A stretch of DNA of 64,000 nucleotides from an uncultured delta proteobacterium (GTDB lineage: Bacteria; Myxococcota_A; Polyangia; Polyangiales; B10-G4): the NCBI GenBank assembly GCA_963727445.1, contig CAVSGI010000021.1:128001-192000 (forward strand). Reading direction: 5' to 3'. A program made the position numbers and the translations under genes. The notes beneath the pieces are model-generated. The model saw only the letters and a list, made by a program, of their open reading frames with translations, was not told the DNA's origin and made no database searches. The stretch's first letter is position 1; every line of letters starts with the position of its first letter. Below, in pieces: positions 30,770 to 40,895 of this stretch.

Positions 30770-32014
30770 TCACGCCGGCGGGCAGCGCGCACGCAGGCAC
30801 GCCGCGACCTCTTCGGAGCACTGGCGCATCACGCACTCGATGCTGCCGCAGGTGGCGAACTGCATGACCGCGCAGTTGACGAACTGATCGACCAGGAACG
30901 CCACGTCGGGGCACGTCATGGCCACACAGCCGCCGATGCACGTCAGGCTGAAGTTGGGCGGGCTGCTCATGAAGTCGATGCAGCCGAGGGTGCAGGTCAG
31001 CACCTCGCCGCAGGTGATGGTCGAGCAGGCGCCGCAGTCCGCCGCGCAGTTGATGCAGGTCTCGAAGCCGCCCGCGCTCTCGCAGACGCCGTTGCCACAG
31101 AACGAGCAGACGCCGCAATCGCGGGAGCAGCTCGCGCAGTCCTCGATGGTGTCGCAGCGGCCGTCGCCGCAGCCGCGGCAGACGCCGCAGTCCTCGGGGC
31201 AGGAGGAGCAGCTCTCGGTCCCCATGTCGCAGCTTCCGTCGCCGCAGCGCGGGCAGACGCCGCAGTCCGGGGCGCAGGTGATGCAGTCCTCGCCGAGCTC
31301 CGGCTCGCAGTAGCCGTTCTCGCAGGTCATGCAGGTGCCGCAGTCACCCGGGCAGCTCGAGCACGATTCGGCGCCTTCGCAGCGCCGGTCTCCGCACATC
31401 ACGCAGAACCCACAGTCGCGCGGGCAGGTCGAGCAGTCCTCGCTGGGGCTGCACATGCCGTCACCGCAGGTATCGCAGAGCCCGCAGTCCATCGCGCAGC
31501 TCGAACAGTCCTCGCTCGCGCTGCACATGCCGTCGCCGCAAGTCATGCAGAGACCGCAGTCCGCTGTGCAGGAGAAGCAGCTCTCCCCCGCGGTGCACAT
31601 TCCGTCGCCGCAGGTGTCGCAGAAGCCGCAGTCGGTGGGACAGCTGGTGCAGGTCTCACCCGCGTCGCACGCACCGTTGCCGCACGAGTCGCAGGTGCCG
31701 CAGTCCGCGGGGCAGCTCGAGCAGGACTCGCCGTCGGTGCATGCGCCGTCGCCGCAGCCCGTACAGAGATCGCAGTCGGCGGGGCAGGTGGCGCAGGTCT
31801 CGCCGTCACCACAGACGCCGTCGCCGCAGGGCGTGATGGTGTCCGCAGGCGCATCGGTGGAGGTGTCGACAGAGCTGTCGAAGGAGGTGTCGACGGAGCT
31901 GTCGAAACCCGAGTCGATGCCGCCATCACCGGGAGCGCCGAGCTGGGACCGTCCGCACGCGGACAAGGCGACCACCAGGAGCGCCGCCGAAAGGAGGGTC
32001 GTCGTCTGCTTCAT
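30770..32014 (-). CDS. Cys-rich repeat lipoprotein (11 x ~24-aa CGDGxCxxxExCxxCxxDCGxC)
   Basis: Lipobox LSA-C; DSS/DTS linker; tandem 6-Cys repeats. Confidence 0.88.
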   Translation of the reverse strand: MKQTTTLLSAALLVVALSACGRSQLGAPGDGGIDSGFDSSVDTSFDSSVDTSTDAPADTITPCGDGVCGDGETCATCPADCDLCTGCGDGACTDGESCSSCPADCGTCDSCGNGACDAGETCTSCPTDCGFCDTCGDGMCTAGESCFSCTADCGLCMTCGDGMCSASEDCSSCAMDCGLCDTCGDGMCSPSEDCSTCPRDCGFCVMCGDRRCEGAESCSSCPGDCGTCMTCENGYCEPELGEDCITCAPDCGVCPRCGDGSCDMGTESCSSCPEDCGVCRGCGDGRCDTIEDCASCSRDCGVCSFCGNGVCESAGGFETCINCAADCGACSTITCGEVLTCTLGCIDFMSSPPNFSLTCIGGCVAMTCPDVAFLVDQFVNCAVMQFATCGSIECVMRQCSEEVAACLRARCPPA

Positions 32015-32166
32015 TTGATCACCGAAAAGCCAAACCCCTCGAAATCGCGGGGAGTCTAGCCCGAACCGCTTCTGCGGGAAAGGCGCCCGCGGGCCCTCGT
32101 CGACCAAGCGTCCATCATCGCCGGATTTCGCCCGGCCCCCGTCGGGGGTAAATCAGGGCCGATCCA

Positions 32167-33546
32167 GTGCGGCTCCCGGATGAAATGCGTCGAGACGTCG
32201 CCGCCGCGGTCGTCCTCGCGACCCTCTCCCTGACGACGTCGGTTCTCCTCGACGCGGGGGTGATCTGCTCCAACGACGGGTCGCACTACGCGCTGACCCG
32301 CGCCCTCGCGGACGATGGCTCTGCCGTCATCGACGACTACCTCCCCTACACACGGGAGGTCGATTTCGCGCGGATGGGCCACCACGACTACAGCGATCGT
32401 CCACCAGGCACGGCGCTGCTGGCGGTGCCCGTTTACGCGGCGACCTCGGCCCTCCATCTCCGTGATGTCGCCCGCCAGAGCCTGGTGGTCCTCGTTCCCG
32501 CGCTCTTCGGCGCGCTCGCCGTCGTCTTCACCTTCCTCCTCGCGCGCCGCTTCGACGCCTCTCGAACGGGCGCCTTCCTCGCGGCGATGCTCCTCGCGCT
32601 CGGGACGCTTCATCGGAGCTACGCATCGGCGCTCTTCAGCCACGCGATCTCGAGCGCGCTCCTGCTCGCCACCATCCTCCTCGCCATGCCGCGCACCTTC
32701 GTCCAGCACCGGCGTCGCGCCCAGCTCCTCGCAGGCCTCGTGGGCGGATATGCCTGCGGCGTCGACTATTCCAGCGTCGTCCCGGTCGCCGTCGCCTGCC
32801 TGGTGGCGACCGCTCTCGAGGGCCCGAGCCTTCGCGTGCGCGCGGAGAGCCTCGCGGTCTTCGCCGCCGGGGGGCTGGTGGGCGTGCTGCCAGCGCTCGC
32901 CTATCACACGCTGGTCTTCGGTGGGCCGTTCGCCATCGGCTACCACTACACCGTCAGCTATCCGCACACGCACGCGCTTCACACCCTTTATGGCGGCTCC
33001 TTCTCGGCGGGCCTCTTCGCGCTCACCCTCAGCCCCGAGAGTGGGCTCTTGGTGCACAGCCCGGCCCTGTTGTTGTCCCTCGCCGCGGCTCCCGCGTTCG
33101 CGCGCGCCTCAGGCCGCCGCGCCGCGCTGGTACTGCTGCCGGCGATCGCGCTCTTCCTTCTGACCTGTTTCAACTTCACGCCCGCTGGCGGCGCGAGTCG
33201 TGACGCGCGTTACCTGATGACGGTGCTGCCGCTCCTGGTCGTTCCTTCCGCGTGGGCCTTCGAGTGGGCGAAGCGGCGCGGCCGGCGCGCTTTCGCCGGG
33301 GCGGTCTCCCTGCTCGCGCTCTCGATGGTGATCCAGGCGATCAAACACCACGCGATGTGGGTGCGCGACGGCGAGGTGTGGCTCACGCATTTCGCGCGGA
33401 GCACGGATTTCTTCGCCACGCTCTCGGCGTTCCTGCGATGGGCGGCCCCACACCCGCTATTCGCGGCGACGGTGCTCTTCGCGGGTCTGTACGTGGCTAG
33501 ACGCGTGTGGCCCGAGGCGAGGATGCGGGGCGATGCCGCGCTTTGA
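32167..33546 (+). CDS. GT-C fold integral-membrane glycosyltransferase
   Basis: SNDGS after TM1, YSDRPPG, many TM helices, RYL motif; start may be 32185. Confidence 0.65.
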   Translation: MRLPDEMRRDVAAAVVLATLSLTTSVLLDAGVICSNDGSHYALTRALADDGSAVIDDYLPYTREVDFARMGHHDYSDRPPGTALLAVPVYAATSALHLRDVARQSLVVLVPALFGALAVVFTFLLARRFDASRTGAFLAAMLLALGTLHRSYASALFSHAISSALLLATILLAMPRTFVQHRRRAQLLAGLVGGYACGVDYSSVVPVAVACLVATALEGPSLRVRAESLAVFAAGGLVGVLPALAYHTLVFGGPFAIGYHYTVSYPHTHALHTLYGGSFSAGLFALTLSPESGLLVHSPALLLSLAAAPAFARASGRRAALVLLPAIALFLLTCFNFTPAGGASRDARYLMTVLPLLVVPSAWAFEWAKRRGRRAFAGAVSLLALSMVIQAIKHHAMWVRDGEVWLTHFARSTDFFATLSAFLRWAAPHPLFAATVLFAGLYVARRVWPEARMRGDAAL

Positions 33547-33596
33547 CCGGTTGGTATGACTGTTGTATAGCGGCCTCCCGGAGGGATTGGCTTTTC

Positions 33597-34652
33597 ATGC
33601 GTATTCTCGTCACAGGCGGGGCCGGATTCATCGGCTCGAACTTCCTGACGCGTTACGTCCAGCGTCATCCCGAGCACCAGTTCATCAACTTCGACAAGCT
33701 CACCTACGCTGCCAATCCCCTCAGCCTGACCAGCGTCGCCCTCGCCCCGAACTACACCTTCGTTCACGGCGACATCGTCGACGCAGAGCGCGTCGAGCAG
33801 ACCCTGCACGATCACCGGCCCGACGTGGTGATCCACTTCGCGGCCGAGAGCCACGTCGACCGGAGCATCCACGACCCGCACGACTTCCTCCGCACGAACG
33901 TCGAGGGCACCTTCAACCTCCTGCAGAGCTGTCGCACGCTTTGGAAGAAGGGCGAGGGGCTCTTCCACCACGTGAGCACCGACGAGGTCTACGGCTCGCT
34001 CGGGCTCACCGGGAAGTTCTCGGAGCAGACGGCCTACGATCCCTCCAGCCCCTACTCGGCCTGCAAGGCGGCGAGCGATCACCTCGTTCGCGCGTGGCAC
34101 CGCACCTATGGGCTCCCGGTCAAGATCACCAACTGCTCGAACAACTACGGTCCCCGACAGTTCCCGGAGAAGCTCATCCCCTTGATGATCACCCGCTGTC
34201 TCGAGGGGCGTCCGCTCCCCATCTACGGCAACGGCACCAACGTTCGCGACTGGCTCTACGTGGACGACCACAGCGACGCCATCTGGGCGGTGATCGAGCG
34301 AGGCCGCATCGGCGAGACCTACAACATCGGCGGCAACAGTGAGCAGCGCAACGTCGACGTGGTCGAGCAGATCTGCGAGGTCGTGGCCGCCGCCACCGGC
34401 GTGCCCGTCGCTCAGCTGACGTCGCTGATGACATTCGTCCCCGACCGTCCCGGCCACGATGCCCGCTACGCCATCGACGCCTCGAAGGTGAAAGAGGAAT
34501 GCGGTTGGGAGCCGCAGGAGAGCTTCGTTTCCGGTCTGAAGAAGACGATCCGCTGGTATCTCGAGAACCGGGATTGGGTCTCCCAGGTCACGGGCGGTGA
34601 CTACCGCAACTGGATGGCCCGCCAGTATCTGGAAGCGGACGAGACGGCCTGA
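33597..34652 (+). CDS. rfbB: dTDP-glucose 4,6-dehydratase
   Basis: GGAGFIGSN, HFAAESHVDRSI, STDEVYG, PYSACK, DRPGHDARYA. Confidence 0.96.
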   Translation: MRILVTGGAGFIGSNFLTRYVQRHPEHQFINFDKLTYAANPLSLTSVALAPNYTFVHGDIVDAERVEQTLHDHRPDVVIHFAAESHVDRSIHDPHDFLRTNVEGTFNLLQSCRTLWKKGEGLFHHVSTDEVYGSLGLTGKFSEQTAYDPSSPYSACKAASDHLVRAWHRTYGLPVKITNCSNNYGPRQFPEKLIPLMITRCLEGRPLPIYGNGTNVRDWLYVDDHSDAIWAVIERGRIGETYNIGGNSEQRNVDVVEQICEVVAAATGVPVAQLTSLMTFVPDRPGHDARYAIDASKVKEECGWEPQESFVSGLKKTIRWYLENRDWVSQVTGGDYRNWMARQYLEADETA

Positions 34653-34657
34653 GAGCC

Positions 34658-35539
34658 ATGGCGGAGAAGGGAATCATCCTGGCCGGCGGCGCCGGGACCC
34701 GGCTCTATCCCATGACGCGGGCGGTCTCCAAGCAGCTGCTCCCGATCTTCGACAAGCCGACGGTCTACTATCCGCTCACCACGCTGATGCTGGCGGGCAT
34801 TCGCGACGTGCTGGTGATCAGCACGCCCCACGACAAGCCCGCCTTCGAGCGCCTCCTCGGCAATGGCGAGCACTGGGGGATGTCGATCCGCTATGCGGTG
34901 CAGCCGGAGCCCGAGGGGCTGGCCCAGGCGTTCATCATCGGCAAGAGCTTCATCGCGGGCGACCCGTGCGCGCTGGTGCTCGGCGACAACATCTTTCACG
35001 GCGACGGGCTGCACTCGCTCCTCGAGCGCGTCGCGGCCCGCAGGGGCGGCGCGACCATCTTTGGCTACTGGGTGAAGGATCCGAGCCGCTACGGCGTCGC
35101 GGTGGTCACCGAGGAGGGGCGGGTCACCGACATCGAGGAAAAGCCCGAGCGCCCCAAGAGCCATCAGGCGATCCCCGGCCTCTACTTCTACGACGCCGAC
35201 GTGGTCGAGAAGGCCGAATCGCTCCGTCCGTCGTCGCGTGGCGAGCTGGAGATCACCGACCTCAACCGCCTCTACCTCACGGAGGAGCGCCTGCGTCTCG
35301 AGCGTCTCGGCCGCGGGATCGCCTGGTTCGACACCGGCACCCCCGACTCGTTGATGAGCGCCGCGAACTACGTGATGGCGGTGCAGAAGCGCCAGGCGCG
35401 CATGGTGGCCTGCCCCGAGGAAGTCGCTTGGCGCAAAGGCTGGATCGACGACGACGGACTCGAGAGCCTCGCCGACGAGCTCGAAGGGACGAGCTACGGG
35501 CGCTATCTGCGCGAGATGGTCGAGGATCCCATCCCGTGA
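34658..35539 (+). CDS. rfbA: Glucose-1-phosphate thymidylyltransferase
   Basis: GIILAGGAGTRLYP, SKQLLP, LGDNIF, RGELEITD. Confidence 0.96.
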   Translation: MAEKGIILAGGAGTRLYPMTRAVSKQLLPIFDKPTVYYPLTTLMLAGIRDVLVISTPHDKPAFERLLGNGEHWGMSIRYAVQPEPEGLAQAFIIGKSFIAGDPCALVLGDNIFHGDGLHSLLERVAARRGGATIFGYWVKDPSRYGVAVVTEEGRVTDIEEKPERPKSHQAIPGLYFYDADVVEKAESLRPSSRGELEITDLNRLYLTEERLRLERLGRGIAWFDTGTPDSLMSAANYVMAVQKRQARMVACPEEVAWRKGWIDDDGLESLADELEGTSYGRYLREMVEDPIP

Positions 35540-36093
35540 AGGTCGAAGAGACGGCCCTGCCGGGCGTCGTCCTCATCACACCGGCGGTCTTCGGGGACGA
35601 GCGGGGATGGTTCTACGAGACCTACCAGGAGAGCCGTTACGCCGAGGCGGGCGTCCGTGTGCACTTCGTTCAGGACAACGTGTCTCGCTCCACGCGCGGG
35701 ACGCTGCGCGGCCTGCATCTTCAGCACCCGGACAATCAGGCCAAGCTGGTGTGGGTGGTGGAGGGGGAGGTCCTCGACGTCGCGGTGGACGTGCGCGTCG
35801 GCTCTCCGACCTTCGGTCGTCACGTGGCGGTGACCCTCGACGCCGCGTCGAAGCGGCAGCTCTTCATCCCCGCGGGCTTCGCGCACGGCTTCGTAGTGCG
35901 GAGCGCGGCCGCCATCTTCGCCTACAAGTGCAGCGCGCCCTACGCGCCGGCGCACGCGCTCGAGATCGCTTGGGACGACCCCGCCCTCGGCATCGATTGG
36001 GGGATCGCCGAGCCCATCCTCTCCGGCAAGGACGCGGCCGCGCCCAGCCTCGAAGAGGTGAAGGACCGCCTGCCGCGATGGGACGGCGGATGA
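35536..36093 (+). CDS. rfbC: dTDP-4-dehydrorhamnose 3,5-epimerase
   Basis: GTG start overlapping rfbA stop; FGDERGWF, FVQDN.S.S, LRGLH, GFAHGF. Confidence 0.95.
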   Translation: MKVEETALPGVVLITPAVFGDERGWFYETYQESRYAEAGVRVHFVQDNVSRSTRGTLRGLHLQHPDNQAKLVWVVEGEVLDVAVDVRVGSPTFGRHVAVTLDAASKRQLFIPAGFAHGFVVRSAAAIFAYKCSAPYAPAHALEIAWDDPALGIDWGIAEPILSGKDAAAPSLEEVKDRLPRWDGG

Positions 36094-36950
36094 GCGAGCG
36101 GGTAGCGCTCCTCGGGGCGACCGGGATGCTGGGGCGCGCGATGCACCAGGCGCTCTCGGAGCGCGGGGCGGAGGTGCACGTGCTCGGCAGAGACGCTTTG
36201 GACCTCGCCGCGCCGGGCGACCTCGAGGTGGCCCTGCCGCGTGGCCTCGATCAGGTGATCAACTGCGCCGCATACACGGACGTCGACGGAGCCGAGAGCG
36301 CGCCTGACGCGGCGGATGCCATCAACGGCCGCGGCGTGGGAGCGCTGGCCGAGCACTGTCGCGCGATCGACGCCACCCTCGTCACCTTCGGTACCGACTA
36401 CGTCTTCGACGGAGGAGCGACCGCGCCCTACCCGGTCGATCGGCCGCTCCAGCCGATCAATGCCTACGGACGGAGCAAGGCGCTCGGCGAGCGGCTCCTC
36501 GCCGAGAGCGGCGCTCGATACCTGATGATCCGCACGAGCTGGCTCTACGCGCCCTGGGGCAGCAACTTCGTGCTCACCATGGCCCGGCTCACGAGAGAGC
36601 GCGATTCTCTCCGCGTCGTGAATGATCAGCGCGGGCGCCCGACCTCCTCGCGTCATCTGGCGCACGCGACCCTCTCGCTCGTCGAGCGCAGCGCCGACGG
36701 GATCTTCCACGTGACCGACGGCGGCGAGTGCACCTGGTACGAGCTGGCCCTCGTCGTTCGCGATCACCTGGGGCACGCGTGCGACATCGCGCCGTGTACG
36801 AGCGCGGAGTTTCCGCGACCGGCGCCTCGGCCCGCCTACAGCGTGCTCGACATCTCGACGACCGAGGCGCTCCTCGGCCCCATGCCGGACTACCGCGCGT
36901 CGGTGGCGCGCGCTCTCGACGATGCGCAGCCGGCCGGGTCGACCTCGTAG
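36090..36950 (+). CDS. rfbD: dTDP-4-dehydrorhamnose reductase
   Basis: GATGMLG, NCAAYTDVDGAE, TDYVFDG, YGRSK, RPAYSVLD. Confidence 0.95.
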   Translation: MSERVALLGATGMLGRAMHQALSERGAEVHVLGRDALDLAAPGDLEVALPRGLDQVINCAAYTDVDGAESAPDAADAINGRGVGALAEHCRAIDATLVTFGTDYVFDGGATAPYPVDRPLQPINAYGRSKALGERLLAESGARYLMIRTSWLYAPWGSNFVLTMARLTRERDSLRVVNDQRGRPTSSRHLAHATLSLVERSADGIFHVTDGGECTWYELALVVRDHLGHACDIAPCTSAEFPRPAPRPAYSVLDISTTEALLGPMPDYRASVARALDDAQPAGSTS

Positions 36951-38563
36951 ACATCGATGACGTCGATCGGCTCGAAGGTGAAGGTGTAGGGCACGCCCTG
37001 CCAGACGGCGTAGTAGCCGAGGCGGCTGGTCAGAGTTCGCGGCACGTCGAGGAGCGTGCCCTCGATCGCCAGCTGCTCGCGCGCGCGCATCCTGGTGAGG
37101 TCCTCTTCGAGGATCGGTGGCTGATCGACGTTCCGCGGACGGACCAGGACATCGCATGGTGAGAGCACGGTCTGTCCCGGCACGTAGGGCCTGAGCCCCG
37201 CTTCCTCGGCGTAGTGCTGAAATCCCCAATGCCCGACGTAGTGCGTCGCCCCCTCCTCCTCGGCGAGGCGCCTCGCCACCTGGCGGTATGCGTCGGCCTC
37301 CTGAGCGTCTCCGAAGGCCACCACGATGCCGAGGACGGCGGTGAGCCCGAGCGCCCACCCGGGTCGCGCGAGGAGATCGGCGCACAGGAGCAGCCACACC
37401 ACCGCCGGGACCACGAGCAGTACGTGTCGCACGGCGACGAAGGGAGAAAGGACGATCACGAAGAGCGACGTCAGGCCGAGCCACGACGCGAGCAGCCAGG
37501 CGTCGCGCCGCTCGCCGCGCTCCATCAAGACGCGCCGGGCGCCGAGGACCAGCGCCACCGTGTAGAAGCCGTTCAGAACGAAGAGCGCGCGGAAGAGGCT
37601 CATCGCGACCGGCTCACCTCGCATCTCGCGCGGGCCGAAGTGCGCCAGCCCCTGTCCGATGACGAGCCCGACGAGCAGGAAGAAGACGATGGAGAGGGCG
37701 ACGCGACGCATACCCCGCCGTTCCATCGTGCCTGCCAGCGCGCCGAGGGTGAACGGACACGAGGCGCCGAGGGTGAGCACGAAGAGCCCGGCGCGGCCGA
37801 ACACCACGCCGATGGTGGCCAGAGGGCCGCCGACCTGCGCGCTGTCCACGGGTCGATCGAAGAGATGAACGCCGCCGTAGTCCCAGAAGTTGAAAGCCGA
37901 CCAGGCGGCCAGCATCGCGATCGGAACGAGCACACCGAGCGCGGCCTTGCGGCGATCCCGCACGAAGGCATCGATGACCAGGATGGGAAGCAGGACGAGG
38001 CTGGTGTACTTGATCAAACACGCGAGCCCGACGTAGAGGCCGGCGAGATAGACCATGCGCGGGCGGTCCGGGTCCGCGCGAACGAGCGCGTCGAAGGCCG
38101 CGAGCCAGAAGGCGAGCATCGGCACGTCGGTCATCAGGTTCTGGCCCGGGATGAAGGCGGGCCCGAGGAGGATCAGCGCGGCGCCCAGCGTGGCGCGCCG
38201 CGGCGAAAGCCCGAGCGCGCGGCCGAGGCGCAGGCCGAAGAGCGCGCAGAGCGCGGTGAAGAGCGCGACGACCAGATGAGCCGCGAAGAGCGAGCCGCCG
38301 CTCAGCGCCAGCGCGCCCGCGAGAAGATAGAAGAAGAGGTGCGGCTGGTTCAGATCGTGAATCGGCGCCGGTCGCTCACCCCAGAACACCGTGCCGCTCA
38401 TCGGATGCAAGGGGTCTTCGCGGATGTGCTCGGCGATCGCCAGGTGCGCGGTGTCGTCGACGTGCACGGCCTTCGTCACGACGAAGGCGGTGCAGATCAG
38501 CCACGCGAGCGCGAGAGCAGCTTTCAGGCGCGGCGGCGCGAGCAGCCTGTCCGAGGTGTCCAT
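36890..38563 (-). CDS. GT-C (ArnT/PMT-like, GT39/83) membrane glycosyltransferase
   Basis: HVDD after TM1, NQPHL, MTDVP, CLIKY; many TM helices; convergent 61-bp overlap with rfbD. Confidence 0.7.
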   Translation of the reverse strand: MDTSDRLLAPPRLKAALALAWLICTAFVVTKAVHVDDTAHLAIAEHIREDPLHPMSGTVFWGERPAPIHDLNQPHLFFYLLAGALALSGGSLFAAHLVVALFTALCALFGLRLGRALGLSPRRATLGAALILLGPAFIPGQNLMTDVPMLAFWLAAFDALVRADPDRPRMVYLAGLYVGLACLIKYTSLVLLPILVIDAFVRDRRKAALGVLVPIAMLAAWSAFNFWDYGGVHLFDRPVDSAQVGGPLATIGVVFGRAGLFVLTLGASCPFTLGALAGTMERRGMRRVALSIVFFLLVGLVIGQGLAHFGPREMRGEPVAMSLFRALFVLNGFYTVALVLGARRVLMERGERRDAWLLASWLGLTSLFVIVLSPFVAVRHVLLVVPAVVWLLLCADLLARPGWALGLTAVLGIVVAFGDAQEADAYRQVARRLAEEEGATHYVGHWGFQHYAEEAGLRPYVPGQTVLSPCDVLVRPRNVDQPPILEEDLTRMRAREQLAIEGTLLDVPRTLTSRLGYYAVWQGVPYTFTFEPIDVIDVYEVDPAGCASSRARATDAR

Positions 38564-38632
38564 GGCCCGGCGGGGGCGGAGCCTAGCACCGGCAGGCTCG
38601 CGGGCCTCGCCCAATCGGGCGGTCGGCGCCGA

Positions 38633-39601
38633 TCAGCCGACCACGACGCTGTTGCGCCCACTGTCTTTGGCCTCGTACATGGCGGCGTCGGCCGCCTTCA
38701 GCAGATCGGGGACGCTCTGGCCCGGGGTGAGCTCGGCCACGCCCATGGAGATGGTGACGGCGGGGAGCTCGGTCCCGTCGGGCATCTTCATGGTCTCCTC
38801 ACCCACGGCCTTTCGCACGCGCTCCGCGGCGATGGCTGCTTCGTCCACGTCGGTGTCGGGGAAGATGATCACGAACTCTTCGCCGCCGAAGCGTGCGACG
38901 AGGTCGGTGGGGCGAAGGTTCGCCGCCAGCACCTGCGCGACCACGGTCAGCACGTGATCGCCGGCGGCGTGCCCGTAGGTGTCGTTGAAGCTCTTGAAGT
39001 GGTCGATGTCGATCAACGACACGGCGAGGCGGCTGCCGCCGTTTTCGTGCCTCTTCACCATGCGGTGCAGCGTCTCGTCGAGCCAGCGCCGATTGTGAAC
39101 GCCGGTGAGCCCGTCGAACATCGCGGCGCGCTCGTACTGGCGGCGCTTCTGCACGTTCTTGCTGACGGCTCGGTTGTTCGCGCGGAGCCGGCTGGCGAGC
39201 TTGAGCAGGAGGTTGACCGCGAAGGCGTGACTGACGTTGATCAGCTGCCAGAAGTCGTCCTCGCCCACCTCCAGGACACGGCACGCCGACCTGGCCACGA
39301 CGAAGGCCGAAGCGACGCTTCCATCGAGCACCCCGAGCTCACCCACGGTCTCGCCGACGCCGATGGTGGCCACCGGATCGTTGTCCACGCTGTCGAGGTG
39401 TACGCCCAGCTCTCCGTCGAGCACCAGGTACATGCGCGCGCCGTGCACACCCTGCTCGATCAGCACTTCGCCGGGCGTCAGCTTGCGACGCTTCGCGGCG
39501 GCGATCAGCCCGCGGCGAGCGGTCAGCCCCACGCCTTCGAGCATCGCGAAGTCGTCGAGCGACTTCGCGTCGACCGGGATTTCAGACGGGCCCTTGGTCA
39601 T
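38633..39601 (-). CDS. cNMP-binding domain + GGDEF diguanylate cyclase
   Basis: cNMP fold (GETVGEL); DGLTGVHNRR, DIDHFKSFNDTYGHAAGD, RPTD I-site, GGEEF. Confidence 0.92.
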   Translation of the reverse strand: MTKGPSEIPVDAKSLDDFAMLEGVGLTARRGLIAAAKRRKLTPGEVLIEQGVHGARMYLVLDGELGVHLDSVDNDPVATIGVGETVGELGVLDGSVASAFVVARSACRVLEVGEDDFWQLINVSHAFAVNLLLKLASRLRANNRAVSKNVQKRRQYERAAMFDGLTGVHNRRWLDETLHRMVKRHENGGSRLAVSLIDIDHFKSFNDTYGHAAGDHVLTVVAQVLAANLRPTDLVARFGGEEFVIIFPDTDVDEAAIAAERVRKAVGEETMKMPDGTELPAVTISMGVAELTPGQSVPDLLKAADAAMYEAKDSGRNSVVVG

Positions 39602-40878
39602 GGCGTGGTGGCGGAAGGCGAGATCGTGGCCGAGGATGAATCGAATGTCGACGCATAGACGACGATGAAGCCCGCGCCGCCGCCGCCACCACCGCCGCCG
39701 CCATCGAGGATGCCGCCCACCCCGCTTCCGTCGATGGCGGTGTTCGCGCCGCCCTGGCCACCCGAGGTCCCGACACCCGACGCGCCGGCACCGCCGTTGG
39801 CCGGCGCCGCGTTCAATCGCCCGTTTCCGCCGGGCGAGCCTCCCTCCGCGAAGGCGGCGCCACCACCGCCGCCGCCGCCGTTGGCGGCGAGGGTGCCGCT
39901 CACGGTCACCATCGGCGCGTCCAGGCCGATGTAGCCTCCGGAGCCCCCACCGCCCCCGCCGGTAGCGCTCGGCCGTGCGCCGCCCTGGCCTCCGGCGCCG
40001 CCTGCGTTCACGCGCCCGACGATGTCGATGCGCATGCGCGCGCTCAGCTGTACGGCGCCGCCGCCGAAGCCGCCCACCGGCTCGTCGCCCGCGTCGCCTC
40101 GGCCGGCGTTTGCGCCAGGGCATCCGCCGCGGACGATGGTCGGCGTGGAGCCGAGAGGGTCGCCGCCGGTGCCGCCCGCCTTGCGCCCGCCGTTGTCGTC
40201 CGCGTCGCCGCCGTCCCCTCCACGCCCGCCGAAGCCGCCTCCTCCGCCGCCGCCGGTTCCGCCGTCGCCGGTGTCGCCGCTGGTGGCTGTCGTGCACACG
40301 CCGGGGTTCGCGCCAGCGCCGGCCGCGCCACGTCTGCTCGAAACGTCGAGGTCTCCGTCGATCGCGATGTCGCCCCATGATGCGACGATCAACGGCATGC
40401 GTCCGACGACGCGGAGGCCGGTCATGACCGTGAAGCCATCCAACGAGATCAAGCGCGCGTCGGTGCCCCCTTGATCGATCACCATCCCCGGCAGGCTCGT
40501 CGTCGACCCGCCGTCGTCGAGGGTCCCGGTGTCGGTGTCGTAGGTGCCGTCCATCACGGTGATCGCGGGCCCGGGCGGGGGGATGGCGCACGGATCGAAG
40601 TGGCGCGCGGACCAGGTGCTGCACACTGCCGCGTCGGGTGGGGCGCCGTCAGGGATCGAGGTATCGGTGGGCGGGGCGGTATCGGCTGCGCCGTCGGGCG
40701 GTGGCGTCGTGTCCGCGGTCACGTCGCGCGTCACATCCGAGGTCGATACGTCGGTGGAGCCGTCCATCGCGCCGCCGCCGGGACTGATGGCGCTCGAGTC
40801 TACGGAACATCCCGAGACGAGCAGCAGCACGGCTGGGAGGATGTGGCGGAGGCGGCCCAACGTCGACGTCGTCAGCAT
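39598..40878 (-). CDS. Gly-rich secreted lipoprotein
   Basis: Lipobox LVSG-C; D-T/S linker; GGGGG(S/A)GG repeats of beta-solenoid type. Confidence 0.75.
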   Translation of the reverse strand: MLTTSTLGRLRHILPAVLLLVSGCSVDSSAISPGGGAMDGSTDVSTSDVTRDVTADTTPPPDGAADTAPPTDTSIPDGAPPDAAVCSTWSARHFDPCAIPPPGPAITVMDGTYDTDTGTLDDGGSTTSLPGMVIDQGGTDARLISLDGFTVMTGLRVVGRMPLIVASWGDIAIDGDLDVSSRRGAAGAGANPGVCTTATSGDTGDGGTGGGGGGGFGGRGGDGGDADDNGGRKAGGTGGDPLGSTPTIVRGGCPGANAGRGDAGDEPVGGFGGGAVQLSARMRIDIVGRVNAGGAGGQGGARPSATGGGGGGSGGYIGLDAPMVTVSGTLAANGGGGGGGAAFAEGGSPGGNGRLNAAPANGGAGASGVGTSGGQGGANTAIDGSGVGGILDGGGGGGGGGAGFIVVYASTFDSSSATISPSATTP

Positions 40879-40895
40879 ACCTCCGTCCGGCCCCG

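Noticed and set aside
38633..39601. Hypr-type 3',3'-cGAMP synthase call for the cNMP-GGDEF protein
   Set aside because: The specificity position is Asp (GHAAGD), not Ser/Thr
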